A stretch of 64,000 nt of DNA from assembly GCA_051313645.2 (NCBI GenBank), contig JBNRSN020000014.1, forward strand, positions 152,024,001 through 152,088,000, written 5' to 3'. Positions 37,703 to 53,100 of the stretch are shown piece after piece; the first letter of the stretch is position 1; the number at the start of each line of letters is the position of its first letter. The notes below the pieces were generated by a model. It was not told the origin of the DNA, did no database searches, and saw only the letters and a list, made by a program, of their open reading frames with translations. The DNA comes from Centroscyllium fabricii (lineage: Eukaryota). A program made the translations under genes and the position numbers.

Positions 37703-38686
37703 TGTCACAGGGTGCCTGTTCCTTTAAGAATGAAAAACAATTTTTGTGGTTCTTCACAGCTGTTTTGAGGACTGGGTTCCCCTGTTATGTCATTAATTAT
37801 TCTATTATCTGTCTATTTGCTTGTTGTGTCCTGCTCTCATTGCCTCCAAATTATTGGCTATCACCTAATGGTATGCTTGCTGGTTTTAGTTCATAAACTG
37901 GAGGTAGGCATGAGAGCAGCGCGGGATCATTGTATTGTATTGTATGGTAATGTGTTACTGAACTGGACTTCCACCACACATTCTACAGGCCACTGGACAA
38001 AGTGGTTACTGCTGCTGAGCTGAGTGGCCGTCAGAGGCAAGGAGGTTTGGAGATCGATTGACTCAGCCTTTACTTTGCACTCTGCTATTTCAGGTGCTCA
38101 GGCTGAGTTGCCCGACAGGGGCATTGGGGTGGAACTCATATCACTCTGCCTTGACAGTGCGCCCTGCTATCGGGAACCCAGCATTGGACAACTCATATGT
38201 GGAGTAAGGGCGTTCCCCTGCTTGTGGATCTGAATCCACTACTTGGACATTCGTTTTCTGTTTCATCCGAACCCAGGTTTGGACATTGGATACCTGTATG
38301 CAGAAGCTGTTCCCAAATCCTCTACGAAGTATTTGGATTGTGATGTCCTACTCGCAGAGGAGGACTTGTTCGTTTCTCTTTAAGTTTTTGGATTGGGATG
38401 TCCTGCTTCTAGAGGAGAGCTCGTTTAAGTTGGACAGTTATGCCTGGACTTGTATTCCTCGGGAGAATGACGCGCTTGGTTGCGTGGCACCCCTCTATCC
38501 ATTACTCACTATTTTGGGAAGTCTGTGCCAGACTTTAGATAAGACTTGTGTTCAATATGTTTCTTATATAATTGTATGTTTATGCTATATTATGGGGTTG
38601 TGTAATAAAGGAGTTTAGTTATATAAGACGTTTCAGTGTCTCTGCATTTGGGCCCCGCCCCCATTCCGTTACACCATTCCGTTACA
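37703..38686 (+). mobile_element. Solo LTR A (984 bp), second LTR family
   Basis: Termini TGTCACA...GTTACA; 5-bp TSD CTGAG (37698-37702 / 38687-38691); ATTGG and CATAAA near 37853-37897; AATAAA at 38604-38609; no coding domains; homologous to B and C. Confidence 0.85.
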
Positions 38687-40117
38687 CTGAGAGGAGATTG
38701 ACTGAAGGAGGACTGACTGAGAAGAACTGACTGAGAGAGGACTGACTGAGAGAGGATTGACTGAGGGAGGATTGACTGAGAGTGGATTGACTGAGAGAGA
38801 ACTGACTGAGAGAGGATTGACTGAGGGAGGATTGATTGAGAGAGGATTGACTGAGGGAGGATTGACTGAGAGAGAACTGACTGAGAGAGGATTGACTGAG
38901 AGAGGATTGAGTGAGAGAGGATTGACTGAGGGAGGATTGACTGAGAGAGGATTGACTGAGAGAGAACTGACTGAGAGAGGATTGACTGAGGGAAGATTGA
39001 CTGAGAGAAGATTGACTGAGGGATGATTGACTGAGAGAGGATTGACTGAGAGACGATTGACTGAGAGAGGATTGACTGAGAGAGAACTGACTGAGAGAGT
39101 ATTGACTGAGGGAGGATTGACTGAGAGAGGATTGACTGAGGGAGGATTGAATGAGAGAGGATTGACTGAGGGAGGATTGACTGAGAGAAGATTGACTGAG
39201 AGAGGATTGACTGAGAGAGAACTGACTGAGAGAGGGTTGACTGAGGGAGGATTGACTGAGAGAGGATTGACTGAGGGAGGATTGACTGAGAGAGGATTGA
39301 CTGAGAGAGAACTGACTGAGAGAGTATTGACTGAGGGAGGATTGACTGAGAGAGGATTGACTGAGAGAGGATTGACTGAGGGAGGATTGACTGAGAGAGA
39401 ACTGACTGAGAGAGGATTGACTGAGAGAGGATTGAGTGAGAGAGGATTGACTGAGGGAGGATTGACTGAGAGAGGATTGACTGAGAGAGAACTGACTGAG
39501 AGAGGATTGACTGAGGGAAGATTGACTGAGAGAAGATTGACTGAGGGATGATTGACTGAGAGAGGATTGACTGAGAGACGATTGACTGAGAGAGGATTGA
39601 CTGAGAGAGAACTGACTGAGAGAGTATTGACTGAGGGAGGATTGACTGAGAGAGGATTGACTGAGGGAGGATTGAATGAGAGAGGATTGACTGAGGGAGG
39701 ATTGACTGAGAGAAGATTGACTGAGAGAGGATTGACTGAGAGAGAACTGACTGAGAGAGGGTTGACTGAGGGAGGATTGACTGAGAGAGGATTGACTGAG
39801 GGAGGATTGACTGAGAGAGGATTGACTGAGAGAGAACTGACTGAGAGAGTATTGACTGAGGGAGGATTGACTGAGAGAGGATTGACTGAGAGAGGATTGA
39901 CTGAGGGAGGATTGAATGAGAGAGGATTGACTGAGGGAGGATTGACTGAGAGAAGATTGACTGAGAGAGGATTGACTGAGAGAGAACTGACTGAGAGAGG
40001 ATTGACTGAGAGAGGATTGACTGATAGAGGACTGACTGAGGGAGGATTGACTGAGAGAGAACTGACTGAGAGAGGATTGACTGAGGGAGGATTGACTGAG
40101 AGAGGATTGACTGAGAG
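38687..40117 (+). repeat. 15-bp satellite block containing a 525-bp tandem duplication (approx. 38850-39900)
   Basis: Pseudo-ORFs 39027 and 39552 match at offset 525; marker TTGAGTGAG near 38908 and 39433. Confidence 0.95.
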
Positions 40118-41185
40118 TGTCACAGGGTGCCTGTCCCTTTAAAATATCAAAACAGTTTGGTTGTGCTCCACACCTGTTTTGAGGACTGGTTTCCCCTGTT
40201 ATTCCATTGTCTATTCTATTATCGGTGTCAATTGCCTGCGTGTTCCTGTTCTCATTGCCTTCAGCTTATTGGCTAACACCAAATTGTCTGTTTGCCGGTT
40301 TTGGTTCATAAGCTGGAGGTAGTGATGAGAGCAGGGCGGGATCATTGAATGAACTGGATTTCTATTACACATTCTACAAGCCACTGGAAGAAGTGGTTAC
40401 TGCTTCTGTGCTTCTGGAGAGGCTATGGGTTTGGACTTTCCCTTGCCCGATTGAGGACGGATTCCCTTTGGACCACTCGGCTAGAGTGAGACTAGCTGTA
40501 GCAGCTAGAGTGAGACTGGCTGTGGAGTAGTCTCCTGTGAATTACTATTTGTCATCTGTCGGGACATTGAGTTCAGCCACCGGCAGCACAGGCTGAGTTG
40601 CTTAAGAGAGGCAATGGGGTGGAGCTCATATCACTCAGCCTTGACATTGCACTCTGCTATCTGGAACTCAGGCATGGACAATTCATATGTTGAGTAAGGG
40701 AGTTCCCCTGCTTGTGGATCTGAATCTACTACTTGGACATTTGTTTCATTTTCATCCGAACCCAGGTTTGGACATTGATGCCTGTTATGCAGAAGCTGTT
40801 CCAAAATCCTCTGACGAGGAGTTGTATTGTGATGTCCTACTCGCAGAGGAAAACTTGTTTTGTTCTCATAAAGCAGTTGTATTGTGATGTCCTGCTTATA
40901 GAGGAAGACTTGTTTAAGTTGGACAGTGATACCTGTAATACAGAAGTTTGGACTTGTATTCTTAGGGAAAATGATGCACTTTGCTGCGTAGCATCCCTCC
41001 ACTCCTTTCTCACAACTTTGGGAAGTTCTGTGCCAGACTTTAGCTAAGACTTGTTTAAGATGATTGTTAGATTTAAGCTGGTTGTGTGGTATATATTTAT
41101 TAAAGGAGTTTTTGCTTTTAAAGGACGTTTCAGTGTCTCTGCATTTGGGCCCCACCCCCATTCCGTTACACCAATTCGGTTTACA
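40118..41185 (+). mobile_element. Solo LTR B (1068 bp), most divergent member of the second LTR family
   Basis: Termini TGTCACA...TTACA; 5-bp TSD GAGAG (40113-40117 / 41186-41190); ATTAAA at 41099-41104; collinear homology to A and C except a replaced segment near 40410-40590. Confidence 0.85.
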
Positions 41186-44100
41186 GAGAGAGAACTGACT
41201 GAGAGAGGATTGACTGAGAGAGGATTGACTGAGGGAGGATTGACTGAGGGAGGATTGACTGAGGGAGGATTGACTGAGGGAGGATTGACTGAGGGAGGAT
41301 TGACTGAGGGAGGATTGACTGAGGGAGGATTGACTGAGAGAGGATTGACTGAGAGAGGATTGACTGAGAGAGAACTGACTGAGAGAGGGCTGACTGAGGG
41401 AGGACTGACTGAGAGAGAACTGACTGAGAGAGGATTGACTGAGAGAGGACTGACGGAGAGAGGACTGACTGAGAGAGGACTGACGGAGAGAGGACTGACT
41501 GAGAGAGGACTGACTGAGAGAGGATTGACTGAGGGAGGATTGACTGAGAGAGGATTGACTGAGGGAGGATTGACTGAGAGAGGATTGACTGAGAGAGAAC
41601 TGACTGTGATGATTGACTGAGGGAGGTTTGACTGAGAGAGGAATGACTGAGAGAGGAATGACTGAGAGAGAACTGACTGAGAGAGAACTGACTGAGAGAG
41701 AACTGACTGAGAGAGGATTGACTGAGGGAGGATTGACTGAGAGGACTGACTGAGAGAGAACTGACTGAGAGAGGATTGACTGAGAGCAGATTGACTGAGA
41801 GAGAACGGACTGAGAGAGGATTGACTGAGGGAGGATTGACTGAGAGGACTGACTGAGAGAGAACTGACTGAGAGAGGATTGACTGAGAGCAGATTGACTG
41901 AGAGAGAACGGACTGAGAGAGGATTGACTGAGAGGATTGACTGAGAGAGGACTGACTGAGAGAGGATTGACTGAGGGAGGATTGACTGAGGGAGGATTGA
42001 CTGAGAGAGGATTGACTGAGGGAGGATTGACTGAGAGAGGATTGACTGAGATAGGACTGACTGAGAGAGGATTGACTGGGAGAGGATTGACTGGGAGAGG
42101 ATTGACTGAGAGAGGATTGACTGAGAGAGGACTGACTGAGAGAGGATTGACTGAGAGAGGATTGACTGAGAGAGGATTGACTGAGAGAGGATTGACTGAG
42201 AGAGGATTGACTGAGAGAGGATTGACTGAGAGAGGATTGACAGAGAGGATTGACTGAGAGAGGATTGACAGAGAGGATTGACAGAGAGGACTGACTGAGA
42301 GAGGATTGAATGAGAAATAACTGACTGAGAGGATTGACTGAAGGAGAACTGACTGAGGGAGAACTGACTGAGAGAGGATTGACTGAGGGAGAACTCACTG
42401 AGAGAGATCAGACTGAGAGAGAACAGACTGAGAGAGGATTGACTGAGAGAGGATTGACTGAGAGGATTGACTGAGAGAGGATTGACTGAGAGAGGATTGA
42501 CTGAGAGAGGATTGACTGAGAGAGGATTGACTGAGAGAGGATTGACTGAGAGAGGATTGACTGAGGGAGGATTGACTGATCGAGGACTGACTGAGAGAGG
42601 ACTGACTGAGGGAGGATTGACTGAGAGAACTGACTGAGGGAGGATTGATTGAGAGAGGATTGACTGAGAGAGGACTGACTGAGAGAGGACTGACTGAGAG
42701 AGGATTGACTGAGAGAGGATTGACTGAGAGAGGATTGACTGAGAGAGGATTGACTGAGAGAGGATTGACTGAGAGAGGATTGACTGAGAGAGGATTGACT
42801 GAGAGAGGATTGACTGATAGAGGACTGAATGAGGGAGGACTGACTGAGGGAGGACTGACTGAGGGAGGACTGACTGAGAGAGGATTGACTGAGAAATAAC
42901 TGACTGAGAGGATTGACTGAGGGAGAACTGACTGAGGGAGAACTGACTGAGGGAGAACTGACAGAGAGAAATCACTGAGAGAACAGACTGAGAGAGAACA
43001 GACTGAGAGAGAACAGACTGAGAGAGGATTGACTGAGAGGATTGACTGAGAGGATTGACTGAGAGGATTGACTGAGAGGATTGACTGAGAGGATTGACTG
43101 CGAGAGAATTGACTGAGGGTGGATTGACTGAGGGAGGATTGACTGAGGGAGGATTGACTGAGAGAGGATTGACTGAGAGAGGATTGACTGAGAGAGGATT
43201 GACTGAGAGAGGATTGACTGAGAGAGGATTGACTGAGAGAGGATTGACTGAGAGAGGATTGACTGAGAGAGGATTGACTGAGAGAGGATTGACTGAGAGA
43301 GGATTGACTGAGAGAGGATTGACTGAGAGAGGATTGACTGAGAGAGGATTGACTGAGAGAGGATTGACTGAGAGAGGATTGACTGAGAGAGGATTGACTG
43401 AGGGAGGATTGACTGAGAGAGGATTGACTGGGGGAGGATTGACTGAGGGAGGATTGAATGAGAGAGGATTGACTGAGGGAGGATTGACTGAGAGATAACT
43501 GACTCAGAGAATTGACTGAGGGAGGATTGACTGAGATAGGATTGACTGAGAGAGAACTGACTGAGAGAGGATTGACTGAGGGAGGAATGACTGAGAGAGG
43601 ATTGACTGAGAGAGAACTGACTGAGAGGATTTACTGAGGGAGGATTGACTGAGGGAGGATTGACTGGGAGAGGATTGACTGAGGGAGGACTGACTGAGAG
43701 AGGACTGACTGAGAGAGGATTGACTGAGGGAGGATTGACTGAGGGAGGATTGACTGAGAGGATTGACTGAGGGAGGATTGACGGAGGGACGATTGACTGA
43801 GAGATGATTGACTGAGAGAGAACTGACTGAGAGAGGATTGACTGATAGAGGATTGACTGATAGAGGATTGACTGATAGAGGATTGACTGATAGAGGATTG
43901 ACTGATAGAGGATTGACTGATAGAGGACTGACTGAGGGAGGACTGACTGAGAGAGGACTGACTGAGAGAGGACTGACTGAGAGAGGACTGACTGAGAGAG
44001 GACTGACTGAGAGAGGACTGACTGAGAGAGGACTGACTGAGAGAGGACTGACTGAGAGAGGACTGACTGAGAGAGGATTGACTGAGAGAGGATTGACTGA

Positions 44101-47100
44101 GAGAGGATTGACTGAGAGAGGATTGACTGAGAGAGGATTGACTGAGAGAGGATTGACTGAGAGAGGATTGACAGAGAGGATTGACTGAGAGAGGATTGAC
44201 AGAGAGGATTGACAGAGAGGACTGACTGAGAGAGGATTGAATGAGAAATAACTGACTGAGAGGATTGACTGAAGGAGAACTGACTGAGGGAGAACTGACT
44301 GAGAGAGGATTGACTGAGGGAGAACTCACTGAGAGAGAACAGACTGAGAGAGAACAGACTGAGAGAGGATTGACTGAGAGAGGATTGACTGAGAGAATTG
44401 ACTGAGAGAGGATTGACTGAGAGAGGATTGACTGAGAGAGGATTGACTGAGAGAGGATTGACTGAGAGAGGATTGACTGAGAGAGGATTGACTGAGAGAG
44501 GATTGAATGAGAGAGGATTGACTGAGAGAGGATTGACTGCGGGAGGATTGATTGAGGGAGTATTGACTGAGGGAGGATTGACTGAGAGAGGACTGAGAGA
44601 GGACTGACTGAGAGAGGATTGACTGAGGGAGGATTGACTGAGAGAGGATTGACTGAGGGAGGATTGAATGAGAGAGGATTGACTGAGGGAGGATTAACTG
44701 AGAGAGAACTGACTCAGAGAATTGACTGAGGGAGGATTGAAAGAGAGGATTGACTGAGAGAGGATTGACTGAGAGAGAACTGACAGAGAGGATTGACTGA
44801 GTGAGGAATGACTGAGAGGATTGACTGAGAGAGGATTGACTGAGAGAGGATTGACTGAGAGAGGATTGACTGAGAGAGGTTTGACTGAGAGGTTTGACTG
44901 AGAGAGGTTTGACTGAGAGAGGTTTGACTGAGAGAGGATTGACTGAGAGAGGATTGACTGAGGGAGGATTGACTGAGAGAGGATTGACTGAGGGAGGATT
45001 GAATGAGAGAGGATTGACTGAGGGAGGATTGACTGAGGGAGGATTGACTGAGAGAGAACTGACTGAGGGAGGATTGACAGAGAGAGGATTGACTGAGAGA
45101 AAACTGACTGAGAGGATTGACTGAGTGAGGAATGACTGAGTGAGGATTGACTGAGAGAGAACTGACTGAGAGAGGATTGACTGAGAGAGGATTGACAGAG
45201 AGGATTGACTGAGAGAGGATTGACTGAGAGAGGATTGACAGAGAGGATTGACTGAGAGAGGATTGACTGAGAGAGGTTTGACTGAGAGGTTTGACTGAGA
45301 GATGTTTGACTGAGAGAAACTGACTGAGGGAGGATTGACAGAGAGAGGATTGACTGAGAGAAAACTGACTGAGAGGATTGACTGAGTGAGGAATGACTGA
45401 GTGAGGATTGACTGAGAGAGAACTGACTGAGGGAGGTTTGACTGAGAGAGGTTTGACTGAGAGAGGATTGACTGATAGAGGATTGACTGAGAGAGAACTG
45501 ACTGAGGGAGGACTGACTGAGTGAGGATTGACTGAGAGAGAACTGACGGAGAGGAGATTGACTGAAGGAGGACTGACTGAGAAGAACTGACTGAGAGAGG
45601 ACTGACTGAGAGAGGACTGACTGAGGGAGGATTGACTGAGGGAGGATTGACTGAGGGAGGATTGACTGAGAGAGAACTGACTGAGAGAGGATTGACTGAG
45701 GGAGGATTGATTGAGAGAGGATTGACTGAGAGAGGATTGACTGAGAGAGGATTGACTGAGAGAGGATTGACTGAGAGAGGATTGACTGAGAGAGGATTGA
45801 CTGAGAGAGGATTGACTGAGGGAGGATTGACTGAGGGAGGATTGACTGAGAGAAGAGTGACTGAGAGAGAACTGACTGACAGAGGATTGACTGAGGGAAG
45901 ATTGACTGAGAGAGGATTGACTGAGAGAAGATTGACTGAGAGAGAACTGACTGACAGAGGATTGACTGAGTGAGGATTGACTGAGGGAGGATTGACTGAG
46001 GGAGAACTGACTGAGGGAGAACTGACTGAGAGAGGACTGACTGAGAGAAGATTGACTGAGAGAGGATTGACTGAGAGAGAACTGACTGAGGGAGGACTGA
46101 CTGAGAGGATTGACTGAGAGAGAACTGACTGAGAGAGTATTGACTGAGAGAACTGACTGAGAGAGGATTGATTGAGGGAGGATTGACTGAGAGACGATTG
46201 ACTGAGGGAGGATTGACTGAGAGAGGATTGACTGAGAGAGAACTGACTGAGAGAGGACTGACTGAGAGAGAACTGACTGAGAGAGGATTGACTGAGAGAG
46301 GATTGACTGAGGGAGGAATGACTGAGAGAGGATTGACAGAGAGAACTGACTGAGAGAGGATTGACAGAGAGGATTGACTGAGGGAGGATTGACTGAGAGA
46401 GGATTGACTGAGAGAGGATTGACTGAGGGAGGATTGACTGAGGGAGGATTGACTGAGAGAACTGACTGACAGAGTATTTACTGAGGGAGGATTGACTGAG
46501 AGAAGATTGACTGAGAGATGATTGACTGAGGGAGGGTTGACTGAGAGAGGATTGACTGAGAGAGAACTGACTGAGAGAGGATTGACTGAGGGAGAACTGA
46601 CTGAGAGAACTCACTGAGAGAGGATTGACTGAGAGAGGATTGACTGAGGGAGGTTTGACTGAGAGAGGTTTGACTGAGAGGTTTGACTGAGAGAGGTTTG
46701 ACTGAGAGAGGATTGACTGAGAGAGGATTGACTGAGAGAGGATTGACTGAGGGAGGATTGACTGAGAGAGGATTGACTGAGGGAGGATTGAATGAGAGAG
46801 GATTGACTGAGGGAGGATTGACTGAGGGAGGATTGACTGAGAGAGAACTGACTGAGGGAGGATTGACAGAGAGAGGATTGACTGAGAGAAAACTGACTGA
46901 GAGGATTGACTGAGTGAGGAATGACTGAGCGAGAATTGACTGAGAGAGAACTGACTGAGAGAGGTTTGACTGAGAGAGGTTTGACTGAGAGAGGATTGAC
47001 TGATAGAGGATTGACTGAGAGAGAACTGACTGAGGGAGGACTGACTGAGAGAGGATTGACTGAGAGAGAACTGACGGAGAGGAGATTGACTGAAGGAGGA

Positions 47101-50100
47101 CTGACTGAGAAGAACTGACTGAGAGAGGACTGACTGAGAGAGGACTGACTGAGGGAGGATTGACTGAGGGAGGATTGACTGAGGGAGGATTGACTGAGAG
47201 AGAACTGACTGAGAGAGGATTGACTGAGGGAGGATTGATTGAGAGAGGATTGACTGAGAGAGGATTGACTGAGAGAGGATTGACTGAGAGACGATTGACT
47301 GAGAGAGGATTGACTGAGAGAGTATTGACTGAGAGAGGATTGACTGAGGGAGGATTGACTGAGGGAGGATTGACTGAGAGAAGATTGACTGAGAGAGAAC
47401 TGACTGACAGAGGATTGACTGAGGGAAGATTGACTGAGAGAGGATTGACTGAGAGAAGATTGACTGAGAGAGAACTGACTGACAGAGGATTGACTGAGTG
47501 AGGATTGACTGAGGGAGGATTGACTGAGGGAGAACTGACTGAGGGAGAACTGACTGAGAGAGGACTGACTGAGAGAGGATTGACTGAGAGAGGATTGACT
47601 GAGAGAGAACTGACTGAGGGAGGACTGACTGAGAGGATTGACTGAGAGAGAACTGATTGAGAGAGTATTGACTGAGAGAACTGACTGAGAGAGGATTGAT
47701 TGAGGGAGGATTGACTGAGAGACGATTGACTGAGGGAGGATTGACTGAGAGAGGATTGACTGAGAGAGAACTGACTGAGAGAGGACTGACTGTGAGAGAA
47801 CTGACTGAGAGAGGATTGACTGAGAGAGGATTGACTGAGGGAGGAATGACTGAGAGAGGATTGACAGAGAGAACTGACTGAGAGAGGATTGACAGAGAGG
47901 ATTGACTGAGAGAGGATTGACTGAGAGAGGATTGACTGAGAGAGGATTGACTGAGGGAGGATTGACTGAGAGAGGATTGACTGAGAGATGATTGACTGAG
48001 GGAGGGTTGACTGAGAGAGGATTGACTGAGAGAGAACTGACTGAGAGAGGATTGACTGAGGGAGAACTGACTGAGAGAACTCACTGAGAGAGGATTGACT
48101 GAGAGGATTGACTGAGGGAGGATTGACTGAGAGAACCGACTGAGAGAGGATTGACTGAGAGAGGATTGACTGAGGGAGGATTGAATGAGAGAGAACTGAC
48201 TGAGAGGATTGACTGAGTGAGGATTGACTGAGAGGATTGACTGAGAGAGAACTGACTGAGAGAGAACTGACTGAGAGAGGATTGACTGAGGGAGGATTGA
48301 CTGAGAGAGAACGGACTGAGAGAGGATTGACTGAGAGAGGATTGACTGAGAGAGGATTGACTGAGGGAGGATTGACTGAGGGAGGATTGACTGAGAGAGA
48401 ACTGACTGAGGGAGGATTGACTGAGGGAGGATTGACTGAGAGAGGATTGACTGAGGGAGGATTGACTGAGAGAGAACGGACTGAGAGAGGACTGACTGAG
48501 AGAGGACTGACTGAGAGAGGACTGACTGAGAGAGGACTGACTGAGAGAGGATTGACTGAGAGAGGATTGACTGAGAGAGGATTGACAGAGAGAGGATTGA
48601 CTGAGAGAGGATTGACTGAGAGAGGATTGACTGAGAGAGGATTGACAGAGAGGATTGACTGAGAGAGGATTGACAGAGAGGATTGACAGAGAGGACTGAC
48701 TGAGAGAGGATTGAATGAGAAATAACTGACTGAGAGGATTGACAGAAGGAGAACTGACTGAGGGAGAACTGACTGAGAGAGGATTGACTGAGGGAGAACT
48801 CACTGAGAGAGAACAGACTGAGAGAGAACAGACTGAGAGAGGATTGACTGAGAGAGGATTGACATAGAGAATTGACTGAGAGAGGATTGACTGAGAGAGG
48901 ATTGACTGAGAGAGGATTGACTGAGAGAGGATTGACTGAGAGAGGATTGACTGAGAGAGGATTGACTGAGAGAGGATTGACTGAGAGAGGATTGACTGAG
49001 AGAGGATTGACTGCGGGAGGATTGATTGAGGGAGTATTGACTGAGGGAGGATTGACTGAGAGAGGACTGAGAGAGGACTGACTGAGAGAGGATTGACTGA
49101 GGGAGGATTGACTGAGAGAGGATTGACTGAGGGAGGATTGAATGAGAGAGGATTGACTGAGGGAGGATTAACTGAGAGAGAACTGACTCAGAGAATTGAC
49201 TGAGGGAGGATTGACAGAGAGGATTGACTGAGAGAGGATTGACTGAGAGAGAACTGACAGAGAGGATTGACTGAGTGAGGAATGACTGAGAGGATTGACT
49301 GAGAGAGGATTGACTGAGAGATGATTGACTGAGAGAGGATTGACTGAGAGAGGTTTGACTGAGAGGTTTGACTGAGAGAGGTTTGACTGAGAGAGGTTTG
49401 ACTGAGAGAGGATTGACTGAGAGAGGATTGACTGAGGGAGGATTGACTGAGAGAGGATTGACTGAGGGAGGATTGAATGAGAGAGGATTGACTGAGGGAG
49501 GATTGACTGAGGGAGGATTGACTGAGAGAGAACTGACTGAGGGAGGATTGACAGAGAGAGGATTGACTGAGAGAAAACTGACTGAGAGGATTGACTGAGT
49601 GAGGAATGACTGAGTGAGGATTGACTGAGAGAGAACTGACTGAGAGAGGATTGACTGAGAGAGGATTGACAGAGAAGATTGACTGAGAGAGGATTGACTG
49701 AGAGAGGATTGACAGAGAGGATTGACTGAGAGAGGATTGACTGAGAGAGGTTTGACTGAGAGGTTTGACTGAGAGAGGTTTGACTGAGAGAGAACTGACT
49801 GAGGGAGGATTGACAGAGAGAGGATTGACTGAGAGAAAACTGACTGAGAGGATTGACTGAGTGAGGAATGACTGAGTGAGGATTGACTGAGAGAGAACTG
49901 ACTGAGAGAGGTTTGACTGAGAGAGGTTTGACTGAGAGAGGATTGACTGATAGAGGATTGACTGAGAGAGAACTGACTGAGGGAGGACTGACTGAGAGAG
50001 GATTGACTGAGAGAGAACTGACGGAGAGGAGATTGACTGAAGGAGGACTGACTGAGAAGAACTGACTGAGAGAGGACTGACTGAGAGAGGACTGACTGAG

Positions 50101-53100
50101 GGAGGATTGACTGAGGGAGGATTGACTGAGGGAGGATTGACTGAGAGAGAACTGACTGAGAGAGGATTGACTGAGGGAGGATTGATTGAGAGAGGATTGA
50201 CTGAGAGAGGATTGACTGAGAGAGGATTGACTGAGAGAGGATTGACTGAGAGAGGATTGACTGAGAGAGGATTGACTGAGAGAGGATTGACTGAGGGAGG
50301 ATTGACTGAGGGAGGATTGACTGAGAGAAGAGTGACTGAGAGAGAACTGACTGACAGAGGATTGACTGAGGGAAGATTGACTGAGAGAGGATTGACTGAG
50401 AGAAGATTGACTGAGAGAGAACTGACTGACAGAGGATTGACTGAGTGAGGATTGACTGAGGGAGGATTGACTGAGGGAGAACTGACTGAGGGAGAACTGA
50501 CTGAGAGAGGACTGACTGAGAGAGGATTGACTGAGAGAGGATTGACTGAGAGAGAACTGAATGAGGGAGGACTGACTGAGAGGATTGACTGAGAGAGAAC
50601 TGACTGAGAGAGTATTGACTGAGAGAACTGACTGAGAGAGGATTGATTGAGGGAGGATTGACTGAGAGACGATTGACTGAGGGAGGATTGACTGAGAGAG
50701 GATTGACTGAGAGAGAACTGACTGAGAGAGGACTGACTGAGAGAGAACTGACTGAGAGAGGATTGACTGAGAGAGGATTGACTGAGGGAGGAATGACTGA
50801 GAGAGGATTGACAGAGAGAACTGACTGAGAGAGGATTGACAGAGAGGATTGACTGAGAGAGGATTGACTGAGAGAGGATTGACTGAGAGAGGATTGACTG
50901 AGGGAGGATTGACTGAGGGAGGATTGACTGAGAGAACTGACTGACAGAGTATTTACTGAGGGAGGATTGACTGAGAGAAGATTGACTGAGAGATGATTGA
51001 CTGAGGGAGGGTTGACTGAGAGAGGATTGACTGAGAGAGAACTGACTGAGAGAGGATTGACTGAGGGAGAACTGACTGAGAGAACTCACTGAGAGAGGAT
51101 TGACTGAGAGAGGATTGACTGAGGGAGGTTTGACTGAGAGAGGTTTGACTGAGAGGTTTGACTGAGAGAGGTTTGACTGAGAGAGGATTGACTGAGAGAG
51201 GATTGACTGAGAGAGGATTGACTGAGGGAGGATTGACTGAGAGAAGATTGACTGAGGGAGGATTGAATGAGAGAGGATTGACTGAGGGAGGATTGACTGA
51301 GGGAGGATTGACTGAGAGAGAACTGACTGAGGGAGGATTGACAGAGAGAGGATTGACTGAGAGAAAACTGACTGAGAGGATTGACTGAGTGAGGAATGAC
51401 TGAGTGAGGATTGACTGAGAGAGAACTGACTGAGAGAGGTTTGACTGAGAGAGGTTTGACTGAGAGAGGATTGACTGATAGAGGATTGACTGAGAGAGAA
51501 CTGACTGAGGGAGGACTGACTGAGAGAGGATTGACTGAGAGAGAACTGACGGAGAGGAGATTGACTGAAGGAGGACTGACTGAGAAGAACTGACTGAGAG
51601 AGGACTGACTGAGAGAGGACTGACTGAGGGAGGATTGACTGACGGAGGATTGACTGAGGGAGGATTGGCTGAGAGAGAACTTACTGAGAGAGGATTGACT
51701 GAGGGAGGATTTATTGAGAGAGGATTGACTGAGAGAGGATTGACTGAGAGAGGATTGACTGAGAGACGATTGACTGAGAGAGGATTGACTGAGAGAGGAT
51801 TGACTGAGAGAGGATTGACTGAGGGAGGATTGACTGAGGGAGGATTGACTGAGAGAAGATTGACTGAGAGAGAACTGACTGACAGAGGATTGACTGAGGG
51901 AAGATTGACTGAGAGAGGATTGACTGAGAGAAGATTGACTGAGAGAGAACTGACTGACAGAGGATTGACTGAGTGAGGATTGACTGAGGGAGGATTGACT
52001 TAGGGAGAACTGACTGAGGGAGAACTGACTGAGAGAGGACTGACTGAGAGAGGATTGACTGAGAGAGGATTGACTGAGAGAGAACTGACTGAGGGAGGAC
52101 TGACTGAGAGGATTGACTGAGAGAGGACTGACTGAGAGAGTATTGACTGAGAGAAATGACTGAGAGAGGATTGATTGAGGGAGGATTGACTGAGAGACGA
52201 TTGACTGAGGGAGGATTGACTGAGAGAGGATTGACTGAGAGAGAACTGACTGAGAGAGGACTGACTGTGAGAGAACTGACTGAGAGAGGATTGACTGAGA
52301 GAGGATTGACTGAGGGAGGAATGACTGAGAGAGGATTGACAGAGAGAACTGACTGAGAGAGGATTGACAGAGAGGATTGACTGAGAGAGGATTGACTGAG
52401 AGAGGATTGACTGAGAGAGGATTGACTGAGGGAGGATTGACTGAGAGAGGATTGACTGAGAGATGATTGACTGAGGGAGGGTTGAGTGAGAGAGGATGGA
52501 CTGAGAGAGAACTGACTGAGAGAGGATTGACTGAGGGAGAAATGACTGAGAGAACTCACTGAGAGAGGATTGACTGAGAGGATTGACTGAGGGAGGATTG
52601 ACTGAGAGAACCGACTGAGAGAGGATTGACTGAGAGAGGATTGACTGAGGGAGGATTGAATGAGAGAGAACTGACTAAGAGGATTGACTGAGAGAGGATT
52701 GACTGAGGGAGGATTGACTGAGAGAGAACGGACTGAGAGAGGATTGACTGAGAGAGGATTGACTGAGAGAGGATTGACTGAGGGAGGATTGACTGAGTGA
52801 GGATTGACTGAGAGAGAACTGACTGAGGGAGGATTGACTGAGGGAGGATTGACTGAGAGAGGATTGACTGAGGGAGGATTTACTGAGAGAGAACTGACTG
52901 AGAGAGGATTGACTGAGGGAGGATTGACTGAGAGAAGATTGACTAAGAGAGAACTGACTGAGAGAGGATTGACTGAGAGAGGATTGACTGAGAGAGGATT
53001 GACTGATAGAGGACTGACTGAGGGAGGACTGACTGAGGGAGGACTGACTGAGGGAGGACTGACTGAGGGAGGACTGACTGAAAGAGGATTGACTGAGAAA

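Noticed and set aside
37703-41185. Solo LTRs A and B as paired LTRs of one element that captured satellite DNA
   Set aside because: Each has its own complete and different 5-bp TSD, they are too divergent to be sister LTRs, and no PBS or PPT lies between them.
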